Shown: positions 36,325 to 45,393 of the stretch, in pieces
Numbering within the stretch: position 1 is the first letter of the stretch
Layout: every line of letters begins with the position of its first letter
Assembly: GCA_963814235.1 (NCBI GenBank)
Contig: CAWFCA010000013.1
Location: forward strand, 29,548-93,547
From: Bryobacterales bacterium
GTDB lineage: Bacteria > Acidobacteriota > Terriglobia > Bryobacterales > Bryobacteraceae
Length of the DNA: 64,000 nucleotides
Reading direction: 5' to 3'
Made by a program: the position numbers and the translations under genes
Notes under the pieces: model-generated
What the model saw: the letters and a program-made list of their open reading frames with translations, nothing else
Told to the model about the DNA's origin: nothing
Database searches by the model: none

Positions 36325-36877
36325 TTGCAGAGGGCTTTAAATTTTGAGGCTTTGGCACTCGCGGTTGTCCTCATTGCGATAGGGTCGCAGGGGTGGTTCC
36401 ACCAAACGGGAGACCTTCAAAGTGTGAACTCTCGCAAGGCAATGCCACGCGTCGATGTTACGCAGATCAACGGAGGCACGTGGAACCTCGCAGATCACCG
36501 AGGCGAGGTTGTTTTGATCAACTTCTGGGCTGCCTTGGTGTCCACCCTGCAGGCAGGAGACTCCTGGTCTTGCAAGACTCGCCAACAACTACCGCGCGAA
36601 AGGCGTCGCTGTGCTCGGGAGTTTTGTTGATGAGGGTGGGACCGAAGCAATTCAGGCGTTTGTTCACGAGTTTGAATTGCCCTACCCAGTCGGACTAGTT
36701 GACCCGGCATCCCCGTTAGCATCGGCGGTGGAATCGCTTCTCACCACAATCCTTGTCGATCGGGACGGCCGTGTCGCGAAAACTTACATGGGGGCCGTGC
36801 GCGAGTCGGTATTTGAGGCTGATATTGATCGCCTCCTTGCTGAGATGCCTGGCACCCATTCGCAAAAGAGGTCTTAG
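36325..36877 (+). CDS. TlpA/ResA-like thioredoxin (two frameshifts)
   Basis: RGEVVLINFWA; removing one T gives WCPPCRQETP; TTILVDRDGRV downstream. Confidence 0.75.
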
Positions 36878-36886
36878 GAGAACAAC

Positions 36887-37093
36887 ATGCCGGAATGGGC
36901 CAGTCTGCTGCTATTCTTGCTCGGCTATGTCGTGCTGATGAAATGGGTGCTTCCTCGATTCGGTGTGCCCACTTGAATGAGCGGATCATGCGACGTCGGG
37001 TCTCGACGTAAAAAGAGTGTAGCGGGTCCAGCGGGTGAAGAAAGCCGGAAGGGCAAGGATGCGGAAGAGACCAACACCAGAGGAGCATTATGA
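36887..37093 (+). CDS. Small membrane protein with in-frame UGA; candidate selenoprotein (68 aa, UxxxxC)
   Basis: AGGAG RBS; MPEWASLLLFLLGYVVLMKWVLPRFGVPT-TGA-MSGSCDVG...; readthrough frame ends in an ATGA overlap with dsrE; SECIS-like hairpin downstream of the UGA. Confidence 0.7.
36993..37009 (+). other. Bacterial SECIS-like stem-loop
   Basis: ACGTCG-GGTCT-CGACGT; the loop starts 23 nt after the UGA and resembles the E. coli fdhF AGGUCU loop. Confidence 0.6.
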
Positions 37094-37521
37094 CAAAGTT
37101 AGTTCGAGGCCGTCTCACGATACTGCTTCTAGAACTGGCGGCAATCAGCTTGCCGGCCCAAACGCGCGGGCATCACCGGGTGGTAATCGAAGTGAACATC
37201 GAGGGCGCTGAAGCGTGGAATGGCGTGCTCAACAATATCGAAAATCTTCAGAAAACCTTCGGCGCTCCCGAAATAGAGATCGAGTCTGTTTCTCACGGCA
37301 AGGGATTGGGCCTTCTGCTCAAGACGAACGCTGCTATGCGGGAACGACTGGAACAAGCAGCTGCCAAGGGTCTGGTGTTTGCCGCTTGTCAGAACACGAT
37401 GCGCCGGCAGCATGTCACGAAGGAGGATCTCTTTCCTTTCGTGATCACCGTGGATTCAGGTGTAGCGGAAGTGGTACGAATGCAAGAGGCCGGCCGGTCG
37501 TACTTGAAGGCTGGGGAATGA
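37090..37521 (+). CDS. Exported DsrE-family protein
   Basis: LNNIENL, EIESVSHGKGLGLL, FAACQNTM, SGVAEVVRMQEAG. Confidence 0.85.
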   Translation: MTKLVRGRLTILLLELAAISLPAQTRGHHRVVIEVNIEGAEAWNGVLNNIENLQKTFGAPEIEIESVSHGKGLGLLLKTNAAMRERLEQAAAKGLVFAACQNTMRRQHVTKEDLFPFVITVDSGVAEVVRMQEAGRSYLKAGE

Positions 37522-37692
37522 GCAGGTCGCATATTGAATCGAGCTCTGTTTCGCGCGCTTCTAGCCCCGGCAATCGTTGCCATGGTGCCCTTCGCAATTT
37601 TCCTGGGTCTCACCGCGTATCTATTTTGGTCTACCAACATTTAAAGCGGGCAGCAGCTCGATCCGCTTCACTCGAGAAAGACAAACAAGTAA

Positions 37693-38040
37693 ATGAATAG
37701 AACGCCGCTGATTGCCGGAGGCACAATCACGGGGATTGCATGGGAGGATCGTCGACGGTATCCTCTTCCATCAGATGCTCTGGAATGCAGGCAAACAGCG
37801 AGACGTACCTTGGTCCGGCCGCACATTTCTGGTTGGAATCGTCCTGGGGTGGGGCGTTTTCAACGTGGTCGAGAGCACTATCGACCACCACATTCTGAAT
37901 CTTCACCATGTCGTCGAGCGGTTGGGAGTGTCATTTACGACTACGCGTTCCTTGGATCTGGCGTCATTTTTCCGGTCTTAGGTTGGATGTTAATGAATGC
38001 AGGTAAGAACGATACTTTATCTTCGCTTAAAGCAATGTAG
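37693..38040 (+). pseudogene. DUF2243-like membrane protein remnant
   Basis: DGILFHQMLW and GWGVFNVVESTIDHHILNLHHV in shifted frames with an internal deletion. Confidence 0.65.
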
Positions 38041-38075
38041 CAAGGAAGCCAAAGCATACCAGGTTGGTAAATAGC

Positions 38076-38693
38076 GTGAGCGATCAGGAACATTGGGAAA
38101 ACGTATATGGGGCGAGGGCGACGGACCAGGTGAGTTGGTTCCGGCCTCACCTGGAGACCTCACTCGCTTTGATTGAGCGTGCCGCGACAGACAAATCTGC
38201 TTCAGTCATTGATGTAGGAGGGGGTACCTCCACCCTCGTCGAGGATCTGATCGGGCGAGGATTTCACAACGTAACGGTGCTTGATATCTCTCAGGTCGCC
38301 ATCAATCTGGCGAAGCGGCGCCTGGGATCATCTGCAGGCCGGGTCGAATGGCTGCGCGCCAGCGTAACCCAGGCAGACCTGCCTACGCATTCGTTTGATA
38401 TTTGGCATGATCGCGCTGTCTTTCATTTTCTGACTGAACCAGCGGAACGTCATGCGTACGTGCGCAGCGTCGTGTCCGCAGTTAAGCCGGGAGGCCATGT
38501 CATTGTCAGCACCTTCGGCCTACACGGACCCACGAAATGTAGTGGACTGGATGTTATGCGTTACGACGCAGAGTCCCTTCACAATGAATTCGGCGTGCGC
38601 TTTTCTCTGGTGGAAAGTTCAAAGGAGTTGCACCGGACGCCGTCCGGCGCTTCACAGGAATTTCTGTACTGTTACTGCAGGTTGCAAGACTAG
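38076..38693 (+). CDS. Class I SAM methyltransferase (TPMT-related)
   Basis: HWENVY, VSWF, IDVGGGTS, VLDIS, WHDRAVFHFL, GPTKCSGL. Confidence 0.85.
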   Translation: MSDQEHWENVYGARATDQVSWFRPHLETSLALIERAATDKSASVIDVGGGTSTLVEDLIGRGFHNVTVLDISQVAINLAKRRLGSSAGRVEWLRASVTQADLPTHSFDIWHDRAVFHFLTEPAERHAYVRSVVSAVKPGGHVIVSTFGLHGPTKCSGLDVMRYDAESLHNEFGVRFSLVESSKELHRTPSGASQEFLYCYCRLQD

Positions 38694-38733
38694 TATTGTC
38701 CAAAGTCTCTTCGGGTTCCAGCAAGCTCTGCTC

Positions 38734-39537
38734 GATGCCCGACAAATCACGATTGCCGATTCTGAACCACCCTGTGGACGCCCCGCCCGCTTTCACGGCG
38801 AGAGATCTAATCGACAGCGTTCGGCGGACGAGGGGAACTCCCGACGGGTCCGTCCCGCGGCTCTGTATCCTCGAGTTTGACCGAGATCTGACGGATTGGC
38901 TGGTGAGAGAAGGTATCGCAACCTCGTTTTCAGCATGGCCATGTTTTCATACGGGCATGTTTGCGCTTGAACTCGAAGGCATAATCTGTGGCATCGTTCC
39001 ACGAACGATCGGCGGCCCCTACGCGGTCCTGGTTGCGGAGCAACTTGCCGCTGCTGGTGCCGAACTGATCGTCGGGCTAACATCAGCCGGTCGAGTATCG
39101 GCCGCATTGCCACCGCCTTGTCTGGTTGTAGTGACGAGCGCAATCCGCGACGAAGGCACTTCTTTCCATTACCTGCCGCCGGCGCATGAGTGGCGTGCTC
39201 CGCTCCACAGCTTCGTGATCTCGAGCGGGAATTGACTGGCACTCCTTGGACGGTTTGAAGCGGCAAAGTATCGACAACGGATGCTCCTTATCGCGAGACA
39301 CAACAGCAGCTTGACAGTTGGATGGCGGAAGGCTTGCTGGCAGTGGAGATGCAGGCCGCGTCCTTGTTTGCTTTTGGCCTTGCGCGCGGGGTCGCAGTCG
39401 CCTCCATCGCGACGGTCAGCAACGCCGTTGATCATGATGGGGAGCAGTTCGACACAGGCTCACAGCAAGACGGTCTCCGGATCCTCAGGGCGTGCGCCCG
39501 AGCCTTCATCGCATGTGCGCGGGATCACACGTCATAA
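38734..39537 (+). CDS. Nucleoside phosphorylase-family protein, frameshifted near 39190-39300
   Basis: IGGPYAVLVAEQL, AIRDEGTSFHYLP, TDAPYRET (shifted frame), AVEMQAASLFA. Confidence 0.7.
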
Positions 39538-39690
39538 CCGCGGCCGTTCACCTCGTCGCCGATCACTGCAAAACTGCACGTCGATCGTCAGCAGTGGAAC
39601 GACCGATATCGCACTGCGTTTCAGCATGTCTCTTCGGGTTCGAGTTGCCCGCGAGCTTCCGCTTGTCGTCATAAAGTGCTCCTTATGCTC

Positions 39691-40614
39691 TTACAAGCCG
39701 ATTCGGCCTGAAGCAATCAGCCACAACGATACTCCTGCTACAGCCAGCCAAAGGATGAAGGCTTGCAGCAGCGGCCGCGAACCAACCTTCTTGAGTGTAT
39801 ATGGCGATAGGCTCGCCCCGATCAGGAACAACGTGATTGCGAGGCCAGTCTTTCCCAGATGATCGAGAGCCGTGAACGACGACCGCCATGCAGGCAAAAC
39901 CGTGTGCGCGAACGCGGCGAGAATAAACAAACCAATGAACCAGGGCAAACGCACACGCTGTTTACTGTGAGTCAGGACAGCCGTCCCCAGCGAGACCGGG
40001 ATGATCCATAAGGCTCGCGCCAGTTTGACGGTGGTCCCCACCGATAGAGCCAGCGCGCCATAGCGGGCAGTAGCGCCGACGACGGAACTCGTGTCCTGAA
40101 TTGCCAAGGCAGACCACAAACCGAACTGCAATTGTGATAAATGGAGCGTCCAGCCAATCGGAGGAAATACAAGAAGGGCAACTGAGTTTAGTACAAAGAT
40201 TGCCCCCAGGGAGACCGCCATCTGTTCTTCTGTAGCGCACGCGATTGGGCCCACAGCGGCGATCGCGCTGCCGCCACAGATGGCGGTCCCTACGCTAATC
40301 AGGAAGGAGGAGGTTTTCTGCACTTGGAGCCAACGTCCCAGCGCAATCCCCACTGCGAGTGCCAGAGTGATTCCGATTGCTGTGTACAGAATGCCGGAAC
40401 GGCCTACCGCGATCACCTGCTTCAGGTCCATACCGAACCCGAGAGCTACAACCGACGCCTGTAGAAGGATATGCGAAGTTCGTTTGGCTTCCCTCTGATA
40501 CGGATGGATACAGGTAAAACCAAAAACGAGCCCGAGCGCTAAGGCAAGGCCCGGCGACAGGAATCCGGATGCCACAACGAGAATGCCGGCGAAGAAGAGC
40601 AGTTTAGTTCGCAT
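39691..40614 (-). CDS. YeiH (UPF0324) putative sulfite/sulfate exporter
   Basis: SVVALGFG, GTAICGGSAIAA, QDTSSVVGA, TVKLARALWIIP, PWFIGLF. Confidence 0.9.
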   Translation of the reverse strand: MRTKLLFFAGILVVASGFLSPGLALALGLVFGFTCIHPYQREAKRTSHILLQASVVALGFGMDLKQVIAVGRSGILYTAIGITLALAVGIALGRWLQVQKTSSFLISVGTAICGGSAIAAVGPIACATEEQMAVSLGAIFVLNSVALLVFPPIGWTLHLSQLQFGLWSALAIQDTSSVVGATARYGALALSVGTTVKLARALWIIPVSLGTAVLTHSKQRVRLPWFIGLFILAAFAHTVLPAWRSSFTALDHLGKTGLAITLFLIGASLSPYTLKKVGSRPLLQAFILWLAVAGVSLWLIASGRIGL

Positions 40615-40673
40615 ACCTTCTTCTAGGCTGAGCCGAATCGAAACCGGTGTCCAAGCAGAAGTCCTGATCGCAG

Positions 40674-40727
40674 ATCGGAAATTGTTATCGGCTACCCGAT
40701 TTCTAATCCCGGATAGAAATTCCTCAT
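40674..40727. promoter_or_regulatory. Putative LysR binding boxes in divergent intergenic region
   Basis: ATCGGAAATTGTTAT (40674-40688) and ATAGAAATTCCTCAT (40713-40727), both AT-N11-AT, containing the T-N11-A LysR consensus. Confidence 0.45.
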
Positions 40728-40770
40728 TGGACGCGCCGGACTCCTCCGGCGCAAACTCAAAACAGAGGCA

Positions 40771-41355
40771 ATGAATATGAAATCGAAGCAAACGGCAACG
40801 GGCAAAGTGGCACTCGCGGCGTTTGGTGTTCTCCTGCTACTGACTCCCTTTGATCTCACGGCGAAGCAGAAGAAAAAGGAAGCGGTTCCCGACGGGATTC
40901 GCTTAATCGCCCACCTGACTCTTGACGGGGAGGCTCAACGCAAGATGCTTCGTACAGAGCACTGGAGAAGGCAGTACCTTTATCTTGAATCCGCCGACGC
41001 AAAAAGCTTAACAATTGTGGACGTCACGGCTCCATCTTCGCCCGCAGTTGTTCAGCATATTGCGACCGGTCCCGACGAGGCCAACGTCGCGGATGTCGTC
41101 GGGACCGCAGCTCTGGTGACCGATCTCGACACATCACCGGCGCCGGTCCGTGCCCGAACGGTCTCTGTCGTGAGTTTCACGGACCCCAATCATCCGAAAT
41201 CGCTGCAGCAGTTCAAAGGCGTAACCGCGATGCTCAAAGGTCATGGCCTCATTTATCTCGTGAATGCAGATGGGCTGTGGATACTTCAAGAACAACCCGG
41301 GGAAGACAAGGAACTTGAAGACGCATATTCTAACTATGTACTGTACAACCGCTAA
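40771..41355 (+). CDS. Exported hypothetical protein (LVIVD-like repeats)
   Basis: Signal peptide; QYLYL..LTIVDVTAPSSP, SFTDPNHP, LIYLVNADGLWIL. Confidence 0.7.
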   Translation: MNMKSKQTATGKVALAAFGVLLLLTPFDLTAKQKKKEAVPDGIRLIAHLTLDGEAQRKMLRTEHWRRQYLYLESADAKSLTIVDVTAPSSPAVVQHIATGPDEANVADVVGTAALVTDLDTSPAPVRARTVSVVSFTDPNHPKSLQQFKGVTAMLKGHGLIYLVNADGLWILQEQPGEDKELEDAYSNYVLYNR

Positions 41356-41372
41356 CGGACACGGACGCTGCC

Positions 41373-42320
41373 ATGGAAAACTTCCGCCTCAAGGTGTTTC
41401 GCGTCGTAGCAGAACGGCTCAACTTCACACAAGCCGCCGATGCTCTGCACCTGACCCAGCCTGCTGTCACTCTGCAGATCAAGACCCTGGAGGCGCAACT
41501 TCAGGTCCGACTGTTCGACCGGACAGGTTCACGCGTTGCGCTCACTACTGCCGGAGAACTCCTGCTTCAGTATGCCCGCCAGATCGACGAATTGACGATC
41601 AAGGCGCAAGCAGAGTTGGGCCAAATCACAGGTGACGAACGTGGTCGCCTGGCTCTCGGGGCATCGACTACCGTGGCACAGTATATTCTCCCTGGTCTCG
41701 TTGGCAAGTTTCTGGAATCGCATCCGCGGGTTGACACATTCCTTTACGGCGCAAACACCGAAGATATCGTCACATCGCTTGTCGAAAAGCGCGTAGACCT
41801 TGCGTTTATCGAAGGTCCCCCTCATCGTGCGGACCTGAAGACTGAACGCTTTCTCGCCGACGAAATCGTGACGATTGTTCATCCGGAAAACGATTGGAAT
41901 CAACCCGGATGCACTGTAGCCGCAGCGGACCTGGAACGGATCCCGCTGATCTTGCGAGAGCGGGGTTCGGGTACTCGGAGTGTCGTGGAACTCGCCTTGA
42001 AAAAGGCGGGGGTGAATATGCGTAAGGTCAGGATCGCTATGGAACTAAACTCAAGCGAGGCGATCAAGAGCGCGGTGGAGGCGGGTTTGGGAGTCGGGTT
42101 CGTTTCGCAGTGGGCTCTCCGGAAAGAACGGAAACTTGGCACGCTTGGGATTGTTCGCGTTCCGGGCGTTCAGATGAAACGGTACCTGAACTTTCTGCAT
42201 CTCCAGGGTCCGGAGCCGTCCGGTGTCGCCGGTTCTTTTCTGCAGTTTGCACGCGAATATGGCCGCGCCCTCTCCCTTAGTCCCTTGGCCAAGGACAACA
42301 AGAAGGACGTTTATTCATGA
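41373..42320 (+). CDS. LysR regulator, YeiE/CysL-like
   Basis: FTQAADALHLTQPAVTLQIK, LGASTTVAQYILP, RERGSGTR, SSEAIKSAVEAGLG; flanked by two yeiH-like genes. Confidence 0.9.
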   Translation: MENFRLKVFRVVAERLNFTQAADALHLTQPAVTLQIKTLEAQLQVRLFDRTGSRVALTTAGELLLQYARQIDELTIKAQAELGQITGDERGRLALGASTTVAQYILPGLVGKFLESHPRVDTFLYGANTEDIVTSLVEKRVDLAFIEGPPHRADLKTERFLADEIVTIVHPENDWNQPGCTVAAADLERIPLILRERGSGTRSVVELALKKAGVNMRKVRIAMELNSSEAIKSAVEAGLGVGFVSQWALRKERKLGTLGIVRVPGVQMKRYLNFLHLQGPEPSGVAGSFLQFAREYGRALSLSPLAKDNKKDVYS

Positions 42321-42360
42321 GGCCTTTCCATCCAACGTGCAAAGGGGATTCACGCTTGCG

Positions 42361-43353
42361 ATGAAGAAGCTCTTCCGCCAATTTGCTTTTTTCGGAGCCG
42401 CACTTTTCAGTTTGACCCCATGGATGTCTCCCCTTCTGGCCATTGCGCTTGGGGCGGCGCTCTCTTTGACGATCAAGAACCCCTACCCAAAAGTTGGGCG
42501 GAAGCTGGCCGAATGGGTGTTGGAACTTAGCGTGGTTCTCCTTGGATTGACGATGAGTCTGTCAACCATACTCAACGCCATGGAACAGGGCGCCCTGTTC
42601 GCCTTCGCCATCATTTCTGGTTCGTTGCTCGTTGGACTGCTCCTCGGAAGAGTGCTCGGCATTGGTCTTCGTGAATCGGCGCTTATCTCAGCGGGATCGG
42701 CGATTTGTGGCAGCGCGGCAATCACTGCCGTTGGCTCGGCTGTCCATGCTGAAGAGGAAGATATCACCGTAGCTATTGGCACCGTTCTGGTGCTCAATAC
42801 AGCCGCTCTTTATTTGTTTCCGGTGGTGGGTCGTGCGATGCATCTCAATCAGCAGCAGTTCGGGATCTGGGCGGGAGTCTCGATCCACGACATCTCCTCC
42901 GTTGTTGCTGCTGCTGAAAGCTATGGGGCGAATGCGATGCCGGTTGCAGTCGCGGTTAAACTCACCCGGGTGTTTTGGATCATACCGCTCGCCTTCACGT
43001 TGCGGTGGGTTGTGAGCCGTTGGGGGGCAAAACAGGCGTTTCCTGAGCTTCGATCAAAAGGCGCATTCAGAAACCAACCCCCCGTCCCGTGGTTTATTGG
43101 CATCTTCTTAATGGCTTGCGCGACGCGCCAATTTCTCCCCGGCGTTTTATCTGCAGGACCGATTCTGACGCGTTGGGGCGTGGCCGGGCTCACGTTGACG
43201 TTCTTTTTAATGGGTGCCGGTATTTCCAGGAAGGCCGTGAAGTCACTCGGCTGGAGGGCTCTGACCCAGGGATCTCTTCTATGGCTGTTCATCAGTTTGG
43301 TGTCGTTATTTGTCATTCTCAATTGGATGGAAGGAGGGCGCGTTCATGCATGA
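42361..43353 (+). CDS. Second YeiH (UPF0324) exporter
   Basis: GSAICGSAAITA, HDISSVVAA, VKLTRVFWIIP, PWFIGIF. Confidence 0.88.
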   Translation: MKKLFRQFAFFGAALFSLTPWMSPLLAIALGAALSLTIKNPYPKVGRKLAEWVLELSVVLLGLTMSLSTILNAMEQGALFAFAIISGSLLVGLLLGRVLGIGLRESALISAGSAICGSAAITAVGSAVHAEEEDITVAIGTVLVLNTAALYLFPVVGRAMHLNQQQFGIWAGVSIHDISSVVAAAESYGANAMPVAVAVKLTRVFWIIPLAFTLRWVVSRWGAKQAFPELRSKGAFRNQPPVPWFIGIFLMACATRQFLPGVLSAGPILTRWGVAGLTLTFFLMGAGISRKAVKSLGWRALTQGSLLWLFISLVSLFVILNWMEGGRVHA

Positions 43354-44536
43354 CGCCCATCTCGATCGCAGGAATTTCCTATACACGGCCGCATTGAGTT
43401 TGGCGGCGACGTCCTGCGGTTATTACCGACCCGGTGTCGCTGCGGCGACACAAAGACGAATGGTCCGATTCCCGGAGAAAGCAGACTTGTTCCTCCTGAC
43501 GGACCGTGCTCCTCAGCTTGAGACACCGCTCCACTATTTCCGCCAGGACCTGACGCCCAACGAAGCGTTTTTCGTTCGATGGCATTTGGAAGGAATTCCC
43601 ACTTCGGTGGATCTCCGTACCTTTCGCCTGGCGGTCGGCGGTCATGTCCGGTCGCCTCTTTCGCTGTCCGTGGATGATTTGCGGACGCAATTCGAGGCAG
43701 TGGAGATGATTGCGGTCAATCAATGTTCAGGGAATGCCAGGAGTCTCTTCGAACCGCGGGTGCCGGGCGGGCAGTGGCAGCAGGGCGCGATAGGCAACGC
43801 ACGCTGGAAGGGAGTGCGGCTCAAAGACATTCTCGATAAGGCTGGCGTGCAGGGCGGAGCCGTCGCTGTCACGTTCGATGGCCTCGATGGTCCGCCGCTG
43901 GCGTCCGTCCACGATTTTGTGAAGTCTCTCGACGTCGATCATGCGCGAGACGGAGAAGTCATGGTTGCCTACGAGATGAATGGAACGCCAATGCCCATGT
44001 TGAACGGGTTTCCTCTTCGTTTGGTCGTGCCTGGTTGGTACGCGACTTACTGGGTCAAGGCGCTCAGCGAGATCAACGTGCTGCCGCAGAAGTTCGACGG
44101 GTTTTGGATGACGAAGGCGTACACCATTCCCAACAATCACACCGGCAACGAGACTCACGACCATTTGGCTACGGATCTGGTGCCGATTAACCGCTTTGCG
44201 GTGCACTCGATATTCGTCAGGCCGGAGCCGCTGGAGCTGATTCAACCCGACCGCAGCTACTCGATGGAAGGCCTTGCGCTCGACAGCGGAGCCGGCATTC
44301 GACGTGTAGAGATCTCCGCAGACGCCGGGAAAACCTGGCAGGATACTCGACTCGACCCGGAGCTTGGAAAATACTCCTGGCGGCGGTGGCGATTCGACTG
44401 GGTTCCGATATCGGGGGTTCATCGGTTCCTGGTAAGAGCGACAAACGCGCTGGGCGACACGCAACTGGAGAAGCACTGGAACCACGGAGGTTACATGCGC
44501 ACCGTGATCGAACAATTAGAAGTGAAGGTGGCGTAA
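43346..44536 (+). CDS. sorA: Sulfite dehydrogenase molybdopterin subunit (SorA-like), Tat lipoprotein
   Basis: DRRNFL Tat motif + LAATSC; LTPNEAFFVRWH, QCSGN, NARWKGV, NGFPLRLVVPGWY, WVK. Confidence 0.85.
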   Translation: MHDAHLDRRNFLYTAALSLAATSCGYYRPGVAAATQRRMVRFPEKADLFLLTDRAPQLETPLHYFRQDLTPNEAFFVRWHLEGIPTSVDLRTFRLAVGGHVRSPLSLSVDDLRTQFEAVEMIAVNQCSGNARSLFEPRVPGGQWQQGAIGNARWKGVRLKDILDKAGVQGGAVAVTFDGLDGPPLASVHDFVKSLDVDHARDGEVMVAYEMNGTPMPMLNGFPLRLVVPGWYATYWVKALSEINVLPQKFDGFWMTKAYTIPNNHTGNETHDHLATDLVPINRFAVHSIFVRPEPLELIQPDRSYSMEGLALDSGAGIRRVEISADAGKTWQDTRLDPELGKYSWRRWRFDWVPISGVHRFLVRATNALGDTQLEKHWNHGGYMRTVIEQLEVKVA

Positions 44537-44920
44537 GTGAACAAAGCTCTCATCACGCCGGCTTTGGCGAGTTTGCTGTTCCTTGCGGCTTGCGAGCACG
44601 GGCAACAACACGAGATGGCGGAGACAACAGCGATTGTTTCCGGCAACCAGATGCCCGGCCCGATTCATTCGCTCGTGCTCCCGCATGATGAGCCGGAGCT
44701 ACCCCCAGGTCCGGGGCGCGCCGAGTTCGTCGCGCAATGCGTGATCTGCCACTCGCCGCGCTACATCACCAGCCAACCTCCTTTCTCTCGCAAGGTTTGG
44801 ACATCGGAAGTAACTAAGATGATCAAGACGTTTGGGTCGCCGACCACACCCGAGCAGGCGGCGCGAATCGTGGATTACCTGGTTTCGCTAAACGGTGTTC
44901 CTCAGGAGCGAAAGCAATGA
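44537..44920 (+). CDS. sorB: Sulfite dehydrogenase cytochrome c subunit (SorB-like) lipoprotein
   Basis: Lipobox FLAAC; CVICHSPRYI..QP, W..EV.KM...FG. Confidence 0.85.
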   Translation: MNKALITPALASLLFLAACEHGQQHEMAETTAIVSGNQMPGPIHSLVLPHDEPELPPGPGRAEFVAQCVICHSPRYITSQPPFSRKVWTSEVTKMIKTFGSPTTPEQAARIVDYLVSLNGVPQERKQ

Positions 44921-45393
44921 GTACTCAGGAAAATCCGACAGCGCCCCATGCGCCGTTTCGCCGTGCCGCGGTTTGGATGGTAGGGGCAGTCGCGGTTTTC
45001 GGCGCGATTCTTTCCTGGGCCAGTATCCAGGGTGGAAGCATCTCGCGCTGGATGCCGGAGCGCGCGCCGATACACAAAGCCATTGCGGCCGTTGCAACCC
45101 CCGCTGCGGACACAAAGGAGCTTCTGGCGCGCGGGGCGCGAATCCAGACCACTCAATGCGCTGGGTGTCACCAGCCCGACCAACGATCCACCGCACCCTC
45201 ATATATGGAAATTTTGGACCAATACAAAGGTCAGGGAAACTCGGCATTAGGTGATTTGGCCGAAGCCGTGAACCATCCTTCCCCCGGCTGGGACGGGTAT
45301 TCACCAGGCCCCCCTTCTAATTTGCCCCAAAGTGATCGCGTCGCCGTCGCTTACTGGCTGATGAACCTGAATCGCAAAGGAGCGAATCAATGA
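44917..45393 (+). CDS. Membrane-anchored monoheme cytochrome c
   Basis: N-terminal TM helix; CAGCH..APSY. Confidence 0.8.
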   Translation: MSTQENPTAPHAPFRRAAVWMVGAVAVFGAILSWASIQGGSISRWMPERAPIHKAIAAVATPAADTKELLARGARIQTTQCAGCHQPDQRSTAPSYMEILDQYKGQGNSALGDLAEAVNHPSPGWDGYSPGPPSNLPQSDRVAVAYWLMNLNRKGANQ

